Shown piece by piece: positions 37,901-40,511 of a stretch of DNA of 64,000 bases. The number at the start of each line of letters is the position of its first letter. Position 1 is the stretch's first letter. Under the pieces are notes generated by a model. The model ran no database searches. It worked only from the letters and a program-made list of their open reading frames with translations, and was not told where the DNA came from. The stretch comes from Candidatus Omnitrophota bacterium (GTDB taxonomy: Bacteria; Omnitrophota; Gorgyraeia; Gorgyraeales; Gorgyraeaceae). The translations under genes and the position numbers were made by a program. The DNA lies in the NCBI GenBank assembly GCA_018824145.1, contig JAHJHC010000032.1, positions 5,330 to 69,329 of the forward strand, written 5' to 3'.

Positions 37901-39993
37901 TCCGTATCTGTAATCTTGACCCTAAGCTGTTCGCCTATAAGATTCGTTCCACTGATATCTGCAGGTATATCCCATCCATAGAACCCTGTAGGGCAATGTG
38001 TATCTTCTTCAACTGGCGATGCTGGCGTCTCGTAAATAGCTGTTCCTATATATCCAGAGCCGCCGTTTACAGAAAGCTCTATCTTTACTTTATGCTGATT
38101 ACTGTATCCTGTGCCTCCGCTATTGGTAGAATCAGCATAGACCCATACTATATCCTTAAGCTGTCCTACGGACCAGACCTCTTTCTCTTCTGTATAATCA
38201 GGCGGCAGTCCGCCATTGGGTACCTTTACTGTAAGAGGCGCAAGCTCCACTACATAATTACTTATGTTTATAGCCACGTAAGTATCGACTCGGTTTAAGG
38301 TAAGGGTAGTAGCAGGCGGCCCTCCTGATAGATCAGCCCTTATCCATTCAGAACCAGTAGTAGCACTCCTCGTAGTAGAGCCTCCTGAAACGCTGTAGGT
38401 TATAAATGACCTTGTATCATCTATTGTATAATCCAGGACCTGATTCTGTGCATTGGCAGCTGCAGCAATGCTCTGAGAATACTGCTGGATCAGAGTAGAT
38501 TCATCAGTAAATTCTACGACAGACCATGCGATTTCCATATTTCCTGCTGTGCCTACGCGGTCAAATGTAAGCGTAGTAGGATTAGTTATTACGCCCCGCG
38601 TAAAAGTATCATCCCAGTATGTAGCAGTAATTGCATTAAGATAACTAAACACAAGAAAGCTTTTATCTACATCCACTTCCTCTGGTATCTCTGCTGTAGT
38701 AGATGAGACTGCGACAGCCATCGTAGCATAGGAGGAATGATGCTGGACTTTGGCATCTGTCTCAAATGAGACAACCTGCCACATGATATTACAGGCCCGG
38801 GCGCCTATGCCTGTACCACGCTTGAAATACAGCGTCTTTGAAACCCCTCCTCCTGCAACCGGGGGTATATATTCATACACTTCAAAGTAAATATCCCTAT
38901 CGCTCTCAGCAGTGCCGTTCCAATAACATATGCCGTCAGGATACGGATTTCCAGTCATCCTCCTGATATTTACGTCAGAGGCAGTATTCCCTCCAGGCGT
39001 ATCGCGCAGGTCAATATAATAAGTCTGATTATCATTAAGCGTTACCGGCGTAGAGAATTCTATATCAAACCATCCCCAGCTACCAGGAAGGGTAGTCGCA
39101 TCTATATTGGTGACACTGGAATCAGTAACTATCGTACCGTTCTCTGTCTCTCTGATGGAAAAATCCACATACTGCGGAGCAGGGCTGATAGCATTTCTAT
39201 CTATGTAAAGACTGACCTTATCCAGCTGATAAGTAGCACCAGTACTGTCATACTTAAACTGTTGTGCAAGTCTATAGCTGGAAAGCGTGGTGCCCACATA
39301 ACTGACTGCACCACTATTACAGTATGAAATAGGCCCGGGTGCTGCCTCGCCCTCTATGAATTCACCCAGCGGGAATACATCAGGTACATTAGTTACAATA
39401 TAAGCATTGGGGCTTAATAGTAAAAAGCTCTTATTCATATCTACTTGGAACGGCAGAATAGTGTATCTATCCTGTTTATCTTCGGCAAGGATTGTTACGC
39501 CTCTCTGGACAAAGACCCCGTCTGTAAACTCCACAATGCGCCAGTTTATATTCCTGGTAGAATACTCTTCCTGAGCGCCCAGCTCTAACCGGTAGGCATC
39601 ATAAAAGTCCACATATATAAGATTACCTGCCTGATAACCTGCTGTTGAATCATTACTATCAAGTGTTGCAAAGGCAACGCATTTAGTTACATCACTAACA
39701 GGTGTATGGGCATCTGGAGAGCCTGTATAGCCGTCTGTGCCGTCATCTATCCAGACAACACGCACAAAGCTCGTACCCGCACTTCCTGTAGGAGCAAGTG
39801 TAGCTGTGCCTTTATAGACCTTCTTCACCTGCACTGCTTCTGCCTCTGGCACTAAATAAACCATAGAGGAAAGTAGATACACCCCTCCCGTAAGCAATAT
39901 TGCCCCAATGAAGACGCCTAGATTTTTCAGTAATCTTTTCTGCAGATTCAGATTTTTTTCTTTCATCTTCAGAAAATTATTATACGTCTTCAT
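7984..39993 (-). CDS. Giant (10,669 aa) exported surface/adhesin-like protein with tandem Ig-like beta-sandwich modules
   Basis: 32-kb uninterrupted ORF, AGGAGG RBS, long signal peptide ending AEA. Recurrent ~110-120 aa module (I.V..P.GGE.W..G....I.W....V.I.YS.D.G..W....Y.W.IP....I.I.D....S..F.I) resembling Kre9/Knh1-like Ser/Thr-rich Ig domains; acidic and Thr/Ser/Trp-rich. Confidence 0.92.
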   Translation of the reverse strand: MKTYNNFLKMKEKNLNLQKRLLKNLGVFIGAILLTGGVYLLSSMVYLVPEAEAVQVKKVYKGTATLAPTGSAGTSFVRVVWIDDGTDGYTGSPDAHTPVSDVTKCVAFATLDSNDSTAGYQAGNLIYVDFYDAYRLELGAQEEYSTRNINWRIVEFTDGVFVQRGVTILAEDKQDRYTILPFQVDMNKSFLLLSPNAYIVTNVPDVFPLGEFIEGEAAPGPISYCNSGAVSYVGTTLSSYRLAQQFKYDSTGATYQLDKVSLYIDRNAISPAPQYVDFSIRETENGTIVTDSSVTNIDATTLPGSWGWFDIEFSTPVTLNDNQTYYIDLRDTPGGNTASDVNIRRMTGNPYPDGICYWNGTAESDRDIYFEVYEYIPPVAGGGVSKTLYFKRGTGIGARACNIMWQVVSFETDAKVQHHSSYATMAVAVSSTTAEIPEEVDVDKSFLVFSYLNAITATYWDDTFTRGVITNPTTLTFDRVGTAGNMEIAWSVVEFTDESTLIQQYSQSIAAAANAQNQVLDYTIDDTRSFITYSVSGGSTTRSATTGSEWIRADLSGGPPATTLTLNRVDTYVAINISNYVVELAPLTVKVPNGGLPPDYTEEKEVWSVGQLKDIVWVYADSTNSGGTGYSNQHKVKIELSVNGGSGYIGTAIYETPASPVEEDTHCPTGFYGWDIPADISGTNLIGEQLRVKITDTDMSARNIDISNEDFIIKGVLTIDQPPNTWRIGEQQDITWDYLGHLDTLSTTTVTIKLSIDGGQTYLSTPLSTTTSVGTGAGDGGSGTFPWTIPAAIDGENLIGTNCVIKITSNYDPDSPNTTVQTISQPFTLRGRITSVTPTSPTTWYLGEQDKTISWMKHGHFGTGITDGTVNIFYSNNDGLSYNTPIKLDEPAGASGTGSSYDWDIPFSLVQPAQDDYAKIKVVQSDIADSTVYGESASITIEQGSITLVEPMGGDERWITGSTTGDNGHIVWSNTSNLSTTNVKLYVSRNSGVAWEYIDEVAANLNYNTTYTNQSYYQWTPELPISDEAMVKIESSQAELTGVEDESDLVFDIDATVTLIQHDGGAPSWQVGTSHDIIWEYEGDVGPVGNNKVYISISRNTGGTWEKLNGGVGIDVANNYNTTYSNQCFWTWDPVPAPESTQAMIRIESAAYPSDIDDESAAVFTIEQVVTITKPELNDVWRYGTQRDIEWTLKGSTTDDKVKVFYKKGAGGYAEIAPGVDKPSTDLKYAWTIPNDLDNEVYVKVQDYSLTNIYHESPAFKIKGSIVVTAPTTNFVKISDTSETTAITWDVNGSITGWAKIMLSKNSGSNYTYELTTPDTTDITAGTFNWTVLPVHEGANDMIMVALQGDEDLVTGTAGESNTGTADFAVKPQIKLSYPDATGIVKTIGETMDIRWKPVDFDFGDVMIAYSTNGGTDYDALLGGSIPSENNYDTTYEDESYYTWTIENLPGIVSQQCKIKVYSVKVGDEDDVSDASLNNFAILGSLELTTPPQNAGSPAVSPDWECGAQNAIIWDAEGSGIGDIYIYYSKNNGSDNYTNAIVDTPGVVTATDESYTWTIPDDDTVFKVGDNGLNSQIRIKIRAKDDDRIESISVADKLTIKARFVNLSPSTGTVYVGTTNYNITWETEGGGTGTNGVQTVNVKYDTEGGTGGWGGTIASGISNVDSFSWPKIDCPVTKQVTPPDNDIRIRVESVAHATDVYKESSELTVLGKLEITSPDASNINADALIAEETFRIEWVVNDNVGKTGGYDLGDLKLYYAPDGVTWEDGLGNVGTPITTLPASGNSYYDWTVPANKCTTSGNEIKIEDADETSVKHATDIDFHIKGKLYAISGGEKNHWMEAPNGGEVYYVGGADIDVQWRYKGDLGTCEIYYDDDSGTLYDIPVATVAHDKNEDGSNICHHSMQVPATAGITYRVKIYDNNDGTYVFANSQSNFVVKGAVYLGSPGMDDQNIELWFVDGFSQPPATGAPTITWTVTGGIAEVDILLDTDSGNNDYTDFTIASQIGGGSSPYSWSIPAENDRQTITTDKAGVRVRDHNDTSVSDESLYDFEIKPRIFIGTPPGIGDLWIIEQSKAITWTTTGLIGWVRLYSTPDGTNWYEQPTWASTASGSLWTIPETNTVAHNNAKIKLVRVEEDDEQVKYEDTDVVSISPTFSIGGKIVIDSPLTNQGYNVLSTGDIEWNVKGDVGNVKIMYNTNSGASYPDGSWVAFSGATEIAPDYCTNVPGTPYTVNIPESTAPEVKIRVGEMNHEFDIFGPIMAGSPTHAFKGNILFDQPPGDPSTKNETITIGSGVHTINWSNVGSFTNLKAFYKNIGDTQWTQIGSDLAGGVTSTDYTAIDSDITNPAMDNKVLFRVEDALDGQDVYAETAVGEANIVVGQLEMMQPVLDQEMTVGDSVTVKWKKYGDTGNLKFELWDGSDWLDNAGGSGLPDSRTPGASGETGVTLSWTVPDKIYNLCKIRTTAINYDGLGAPYELQDESDTFIIKGDLTSITTPGTWYVGEDHNVTWEATGIMSTVKIELYVEGTGYTTIDNAYDGHDNNPAGLKSGTNTYLWHAADTKQQQRSEQCKIRVISNQNNDIDVETTFFTLKPKITVTTPSQAWIAESNSNLIEWSAIAAPTTNINIILEDGNSGAGYPKTLASNIDKTGIPPASLSYTSTVVLPATLTNSANIRIEDAQTSPVDYTGIVYGESNPFDVIGEIVISKPDDTCLDWTVGDTTRLIEWNVKGTIGDAKIYADYNGDGTMDETLTTIACSSGYNSWTWEDPGDPTDEGIGDYVGNNVKIKIDDVDAYTVTTDTSDPFPILGGFEFTKPAAVGEVHHIDDDTDPTGYLIKWKTSGTNITAVKLEYFHNVNGWTPIEPSLANNSWGDTENSYTWDADSTGPLPVNLAATNVKFRITAVTPNQPDTELESATIVLCGDIEVTAPTQGVTWVADGTTANTVSWNVFGPVGNVKVFYTRDVSESYVELTEQSGEAGDAAANKGAYQWTIPTDPAQGDFITRVDAAHGSLIKVSDAVAPFDTYATDESLDFMVKGQLRLIAPTVGALSAGLNCASSNTITWERDGRIYAVNVKYSTNNGVDNYSNVIAQDRTFATINSTQQSTASQWQVPETPVTDEYILLIEDANYEKSGTDGTFVPSDAFRIKGALTLTAPTATATWRITEEKTISWEVDHGQLDYVKIIASPSGNFSGDEYDVVTGLNPFNVEAFNTGLLPSKVGSGNYPWTIPISTPLVDTIKFKVVHDNASFTDIKSNASAAMDMRANILVQTPTVDYSPFVDWKVGDTGKIVKFSAYGSALGTVYVFLYDGDDGVEHQLDSGGVATAGNGNPQDFTLPSSVPDVKSNACTVRVRDTVIRVDADVEGESGAFSAYPVLSNVAITPTDPPDVANVWITGATNQEVTWTDTSAQVDTVDIYYSSTGSGGFNFGTDTPIMDDWSTAQGSCATITVPSTRTLQGRIAVRDADSNFDDDVNAMMQTDFRVAGKIYIDEPDDTHNWQVGATDKLIKWHYDGDVSAVDIYIDYDGYGTGTSEVLLKANVDVDDGVAGYNPASAGGAWDPAGVPNEVGNNVQIRIQDANDNYDDATTTTSEAFKITASFTFAYPVGSEEFHVTSLTPSFVIKWNTIGDSVSAVKLEYWNKDSGTSGEWLLIKNGVANNKHGSGVANENTYTWDTVGAHDNLLPLNLAAEDIKFRITSSTPLQPSTAKVSNEFVICGNIAVTAPTQGLTLVADGTTANTVSWNVYGPVTNVKIAYSRDSKSNYVELVSSMSAEAGDAAANKGAYQWTIPTDPSLGDYITRVDASESSYIKVEDASTFGQYVSHESLDFIVKGQLRIIAPSVATLADGFVGRETTPVTWERDGRINAVNVKYATDGVTFSNSLVSDRIFATTAATQQSLASDWIIPETPLTPDYKILIEDTNYEKSGTSGTYVLSNPFTVKGALTLTAPSSTTTWNITDTNKTISWNVAHGEISKVKIIASPSGNFTGDEYVVDTNLNPFSVSAFSAAATPVGSGSYQWTIPVTAVLSDTTKFKVRDMNETDYADVISAASVAMYIRGKITVKTPTVDYLPSDDWNVGDTDKQVKFTTYGDTMSTVYVYLYDGVAEHQIDGGSGIATNGNGSEETFGGSGEFTVPDVKSHNCTIRVRNAESSPTAEGESGGTFSTYPVISNVAITPTDPPNTAGVWIAEAADQTVTWTETSAELTTVDIYYSSTGTGGFNFETDTPIVDNWSTAQGSCATITVPTERTLQGRIAVRDADSNFDDYINAMIPANFKVCGEIFIDEPDDTHNWQVGATDKLIKWHYDGDISAVDIYIDYDGYGTGDPEVLLKANVDATQGSAGYNPASAGGAWDPNGVPNEIGNNVQIRLQDADSNYESVTTTTSEAFKITASFTFAYPVGGETFHVASTTPSIQIRWNTIGDNVSAVKLEYWNKDSGASGEWLLIKSGIANNKHGSGVANENTYTWDRVGAHDNLLPLNLAAEDIKFRITSSTPDQPSTAKLSNEFVICGNIAITAPTQGLIWTADGATANTISWDVFGPVTNVKILYSRDSGVGYVELVSTMAAEDDDGDGDADEDDTIPNKGSYDWTIPTNPATGDYITRVDAGDDSYITVEDTSTFGTYVTDESLDFIVKGQLRIITPSAATFANGFTGRASTQITWERDGRINAVNVKYATDGVTFSNVITADRTFATTAATQQSLASAWIVPETPLSISYNILVEDTNYEKSGADGTFVESGNFRVKGQLTLTAPSSTDTWNITDTNKTISWDVNHGEISKVEIIASPSGNFTGDEYVVDTNLNPFNVSAFNGVATPVGSGSYSWTVPVTAVLSDTTKFKVRDDNETDFPTVITAASPAILIRGKIAVKTPTVDYLPSTDWHPGDSDKQVKFTTYGDTMGTVYIYLYDGAAEHDLAVGGISTNGDGNEETYNVPQVPDVKSINCTIRVRNAESSPTVSGESQGTFSVYPTITGVTITPSTGDEGSNPPIWRAGLGSQTVTWTENDIATPGLISEVQILYTATGGTPDTALNTGGAVTTHEICNTITAPAALSFDSAIVRVRDADTDFQDKIYADSSAFRMLGRIQYGASPSLDADWFIGDDSRQVIWSAFGTEITQLDVYADYDDGAGFNYITTIAANSSPWTFEDPEGSGTVGDNVTESAQIRLQDNDTDRGPLTQYNSVTFHIAGKFETIAVTAVDPEDTVVVSNRAAIVTWAKTGTLISDVLMQYTTNGTNWYNIVNNLEADTTTLVSNNESYSWTSPATVMSQLCKIKITDPDNSAAQGISAANFTIAPKCKVLQPDSNDSWEANDTETIEWQKWGTFPNVNIYYRPDDQTAWDLLNDAETVPSHGGDGLNGTWGWYIDEEVVLSPTAEIKVVDKDRETYTLAILSDQFTTRGSVEMLWPDDGTEGYNVYEAGIAKNIKFKRYGNIEGVKLYLWDGDSWDLMTDLGTNGVIDFVGAETEHITSWSPPEFIGTSYKIKCQDKNNADIDSESPPFKIKGKVKITDPDLQQPTWYITDQDKRIRWDVQHGNIAFVKIEISPSGAFGGDEYLIIGQTQADNEIAFDKDTSPVAKGFYDWDIQRDTPLSTIARIRVKDYNETDYDDVASTSGADVTIRGKISVQTPGVDWNVKDTGRLITWNAYGAISTVWIDFYDGNQWLLSINGAGGTACGDGDNKTWSVANWDVHGKIPDMKSNACQIRIKNATSNPTISETSGTFYVYPTITNVDIVPSVGDEAKDHTIWRAKLANQTVTWTENDISDDTLVDTVDIVYSKAGTFADAVTIKEDVLTHESCATITAPTNLSFQSAKIRVQDNDTGFENKVYGDSTEVFSVLGRVVYGASPSLGANWGIGAVDKLINWTAYGDQLTQVDIYIDYGSSYIYQKTEDTVPESPDSWTYDDIDTGVDGVGDYAAENVTVRIEDVDTDRKAYTQYLSPAFNIIGSFEFAYPLGGETFHIDDDTSPSPLQIQWKTTGSDVSKVKLEYYHNVNGWTLIDGNVDNNYGDGVQVNTYDWGPASSTPLPVNYAATDIKFRITSVVPNHPATELESEEFVICGTLDVTAPEQGEIWVADGATANTISWDVYGPVTNAKISYSRDSGVGYTVIVPTQLAEAGDAQANKGAYQWTIPVNPASGDFITRVDAADVSYIKVEDASATYGTYVNDESLDFIVKGQLTIIAPTAGTLASGFVGRDSTQITWQRDGRINAVNVKYATDGVTFSNVIAADRTFATTAATQQSLASAWIVPETPLTPNYKILIEDTNYEKSGTDGTYILSNTFTVKGALSITAPSTTTTWRITEQKTISWDVDHGQINKVKIIASPSGNFTGDEYTVDTNLDPFNVSAFSAAATPVGSGSYPWTIPVTADLTDTTKFKVRDANETDFADVISTASVVMYIRGKITVLTPSVDYAPFGVDWKVGEADKQVQFRSYGDTMSTVYIYLYDGTTEYDLAVGGTSTVGNGNIETYNVPSVPDVKSHNCTIRIRDAAVSPNAEGESGTFSAYPTISSVAITPTNPPNIAGVWVSDSENQTVTWTETSSKLTTVDIYYSATGTGGFNFETDTPIVDNWSTAQGSCNTITVATNKTTQGRIAVRDADSNFDDYINAMTATNFRVAGKIYIDEPDSAHNWPVGATDKLIKWHYDGNLTAVDIYIDYDGYGTGDPEVLLKANVDVDDGVAGYNPASAGGVWDPDGVPNEVGNNVQVRIQDGDSAYEDATTTTSDAFKITSSFTFAYPTGGEPFHVDSLTPSFVIKWNTIGDSVSAVKLEYWNKDSGASGEWLLIKDGVANNKHGSGVANENTYTWDTTGAHDNPIPLNLAAEDIKFRITASTPLQPSTAKESNEFVICGNVEVTAPSQGDIWTADGATANTVSWDVYGPVTNVKISYSRDTGGGWTELVASMAAEDDDGDGDADGDDTIPNQGSYDWTIPTNPATGDYITRVDAGDDSLIKIEDTSTFGTYVVDESLDFIVKGQLTIITPTAGTLASGFVGRDSTQITWQRDGRINAVSVKYATDGVTFSNVIVADRTFSTTAALQQSLASAWIIPETPLIPNYKILIEDTNYEKSGTDGTFVLSDAFKVRGALTLTAPATTTTWRITEQKAISWDVNHGEINKVKIIASPSGNFTGDEYTVDTNLDPFNVSAFNGVATPVGSGTYQWTIPVTADLTDTTKFKVRDANETDYSSVISAASVAMYIRGKITVLTPTVDYAPFDIDWNVGDTNRQVKWRAYGDTMSTVYIYLYDGTTEHNLAVGGTATVGDGNIETYNVPQIPDVKSNNCTIRIRDAQTSPKAEGESAGTFSAYPTISGVTITPSAGDEGSNPPIWRAGLENQTVTWTEDIISDDNLISTVQIYYSSTGTGGLPGTLLLDNVNTEETCSAITAPLQLSYNQAVIRVRDKDTGFEDKVYGDSSPFRVLGRIVYGLSPAQDANWFVGETNKTVNWTAYGNQLTSVDILIDYDDGEGYQYLKTESTVPGSPDTWTFDDPDAGIDGVGPHITLTTQIMIQDVDTDRQTYTKYESPTFHIAGNFDINDALLPTTLSAGDPYTIKWENYDLQGQIPIAKLEFFDGTTWHDIDYKTNPTGHTGLVTNSESCSWSVPTDVKSVACQFKISDPDNAAAVDLSATFEIRAVITVTSPDSNDKWVIGTSGNLIEWNVTGLIGTVGSPNVFEIVYSNDDGVTYPPYGGYVINSSYTATPPVSYPWTIPTDEDILTKDQAMIKVADASLAAACGESDSFMMKSGITVTEPETTDVLTVGTAFTIEWTTLGTADMGDVIIQFSKTGSAPWTNIATVDFEYGSSSYNLWAPAIDSITDDTKAAIVRITDVDNTEVTDDSEAFEIEGDIVWESPIESGLMWSVNTSYDIEWTPTGTFGPIKIEYSTNAFADELETNYFTSVANSAHGVRRVYPFTVPNDIDDQVKIRISHEYDSDVKAVVPYNIKFVGSLDVTAPDSQTPKPIWLKGQSKNITWTAIGDVTNVDIQYKTSAGGNYIDIILDHDGGGAYGDGSNTYQWTVEDENSENCYIKVSDTLHHTGAATDVYSVSTYPFSIRPVITVSQPVEDSNLVVLSDGHTISWSLNGSEQVSYVKLYYSVDGGSFEDLDVSGNVDATSDYTWDNIPDAISDDVVVRVVDNVNSSVYGDSPSFDIIGSITVVKPDSNSNWEVGTTDKNITWSYTGSIGLVNIYYDYGQGYDLVDASNMPVAASGQSYTWSSIPDHVSESVKIKITDEDTETAVDKVEDESVPFKIRGGFVLDAIPAYVISASGRTITWTPNGADILIAKLEFSSNNGGAWRNIDYVSAGNPGTGFVSNSGAYSWTVPSDVASTTCLVKISDPDNADAKHTSNSFEVRAKITLDSPTTSDAWVVNDNHDIEWTVTGVVNNVNIEYSVAGGDFGWVLGWAAGEDPQVDPVGQASNISASDGSFTWKIPDQMSDEINVRIADTTKPNDVKDESGNFTITGKIVLGAPVGGETWYVLDQKTISWTKTGNIPLVDVLWSEPTINGGAYQYITDGEDLTENSTTWSVPSVISDSVKVRIVNSDATKPTIAAVSDFFYVRGKLLITSPQLDQVWDSGAQKNITWTTTGPIPEVTLDYDYDGVGTGVDWITIDTDITASDQSYPWTVPPTISSNVVVRVTDELYNEVTNTSPVFKIANIVVTRPQAGDPWICQEQEDINFTVSGAITNVKIEFSSNGLSGPWTEIEPSLAVSQDANTYTWNSVTTVASTHTIIRIKDTNQKSFVTGFSPEFIVRGGFTFLHPISTDRWLANSAKTIEWTTKGTILNVYIRYRLDDQDNFDFVNDGSTISNNNQYPWTVPNAISYEAQIKISDAQDSSATTESAPFTVHGQLTVTQPNDSSSKLKAGQFDQDSKIIWTMIGPISRVDIYLSTTGDVEENYEYMTYVEGATEYSWSVPTDKGRSTNCFIRLKDPSDPQELVKDESDTAFWIIDNITVLTPDGTVPWIAGNTHAVTWTSEDIATSVDIKYKKDAPYDTWPGTVISGITNDATNSYDWPIPNSIDLTHTYRIRVSDANATYSAYCFDTSVDFTIQGTITVTEPNGGTAPDFLDMEKWGCDLTHYVKWTSQGNITNVDIAYYLGSTPPSNPNDWVDIITNYSNSGAKEYPWDIPITLTAENVLIRVKDHNTAFPDVKDVTDNPFKIMARVVVEEPETGYVWEAGTQGTIKWTRYGPSSFDKVKIEYAYNNPDFTDPGDPQDPTDIKVITSSEQFVGSVGNFGWNIPPEAVGFESMRIRISKHDDPDVYDISDAFTIRVNFTSISPNGGQKWILGHTETISWTKTGITYSDTARTQEAVKLTVYLQANPTIKYVIGVQPSSGTAGIYDWTIPTTLDYRLITDNMGLIMRVEDPNYDDPTDTDAYKDSASPFKIMPDIIVTSPVSDEQWFVNDTNRYITWTITDTTVPTLGNVTMYYSLTGGSSWTAISGSSTPATDEEWLWVPKVPDIISSQLKIKVESNDDSDCYGVAPHTVNAQTGFPNRNSFTTAPYAKISAKFTIDPNITGQDLVVGDSYQITWTNTGTVTDVKITYSLNGDTGPFDPIDEDNDPQTADTGIVANGASGGSFDWTVPDDIARDTVKLRVESSLDSDAVDTSGLFRIMGEITINAPVGGPSWEIGQDKDIKWNWVGTIPEVEITYSTNGLTGPFNPVDEDNDPGTANTGLVTNGAGAGGPGAEHTFTWTVPDEASANVIIRVADARDGTSPVGDQTDIIGESQSFEIIGYIITHAPVADEKWAVASSHDITWEWGGTMPQVKITISQNGVGGPFVPIDEDNDPGTANTGIVTNGVYDPQNPGATHSFTWIVEDYISPTCVIKVADARTLLESIVNDDSGEFKIQGDFTLTSPAIALKEGGDPAEVLDYECRWVTNEVREVTWTTFGTIPKVDIYYSKDNFADIDPADGVPDNQILIKNDLGQQALDWDNTGTFDWKIANDRSDTVKIRIYDHNDPDVFIEGPYVDPGFPAGVSTTMKIDYYTITWDIRDLITNQHINGLTVSEVSTSGWPGWDATGVSSPKNHDVTADNWTATFTHKDYGPIEVTYFTGVDEEGKVWGDRKIFRTMETLVVHIWRAYSEFSYDVETDRLDITSWLERDGSLVPGALVVDVKIYDGFEQIKRKTILVQEEDTPQAGDPEKHYFYEDIPSTVDIWLGTSWDPDLEQEVERFQFENIADCATYKTGEIQTPIDFAGFFPQTWTPTSHTSGGTAYDTLQAGKVYTVKTYIVLGTGGNFTTPVSFTVTIPTAMASMEDSLENMDDKIDYVLDKPMSVISGEIQASMDQQIILLDQKTDEVVDIVSAQTETIETKMNEQSALIDSKTDEMIAMVDMTLTSFETRTQSAIEDLQEGADMAVEAGETLMETALKYSWGASVSPNPVLTNETVTINCQGQPGLAPVIDIYDVNSNLVYSSIMKESSDGVYVYEFEADDSFEAGKAYSFIIQESETGGLVTGSGMVGKYEWSVAVFPDPALTGDTITLQCIGLPNLLPQVYIYAWDGDAIEEGLLMTQDTPGMYIAKVEADGNFPAGKAYTYMVTEQQTGTVLVGSGMVESMSITTVAGLAAAAPEASRAAKKALEAIKALEAVLISGDSINIALTLKNLKSSVDALPEIMSKEGPTAVITNAINEVSDRIKALAGEEGYDMGTILEEALTESPTVKEIRNKTDAINGTVDVVLQTFESKIGGIEDPIVLMQ
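17480..31580 (-). repeat. Five ~2.4-kb intragenic super-repeats (7 Ig modules each) plus one partial copy
   Basis: Marker ITRVDA at about 30990, 28610, 26205, 21610, 19225; DGRI.AV.VKY and IIASPSGNF.GDEY recur with the same spacing. Boundaries approximate. Confidence 0.85.
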
Positions 39994-40008
39994 TGTCCTC
40001 GCCTCCTT

Positions 40009-40479
40009 TTAATCGCTTATTAAGACCTCGAGCTGATTCTCAGATTCTTCTTCGGAGTCAGGCTCAGGTCTTTTTATTCTTTTTGCAGCCCTCACAAAAC
40101 TAATACTTTTTGCGAGCCATTCTTCAGTAATCCTGTTTCCTCTGTTTGGCTTAGTTACCTCATGGTAAGTCACCTTCACAGCATCGCCGACTTTTATATC
40201 GTTTAAACCCTGTTTATGCACCACCTTTGTATCTTCATCAATAAGAAAAGAATAATCAGTATTTGTCTCGGCATCACCTACGGCAATAACCGTGGGATTA
40301 AATCTGGGTGTAAAATAAATAACCTCTCCTACCAACTCTTTTTCTTTAATCATCTCTTTCACAGGAGACTGTTCGCCTTCTCCTTGCTCTTCGTCGTCTT
40401 CCTGAGCAACTCCTGCCCCTATGCCTCCTAAGAGAAAAACCGCTATTAAAAATATGAGACATACAAAAATCTTTTTCAT
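40009..40479 (-). CDS. Small exported hypothetical protein, possible OB-fold (DUF5666-like)
   Basis: ATG 40479 with GGAGG RBS, signal peptide MKKIFVCLIFLIAVFLLGG; FLIDEDTKVV...LNDIKVGDAVKVTY resembles small OB-fold domains. Confidence 0.7.
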   Translation of the reverse strand: MKKIFVCLIFLIAVFLLGGIGAGVAQEDDEEQGEGEQSPVKEMIKEKELVGEVIYFTPRFNPTVIAVGDAETNTDYSFLIDEDTKVVHKQGLNDIKVGDAVKVTYHEVTKPNRGNRITEEWLAKSISFVRAAKRIKRPEPDSEEESENQLEVLISD

Positions 40480-40511
40480 CCCGCTATCCTCCTTACTTTT
40501 AAAAATAATAT

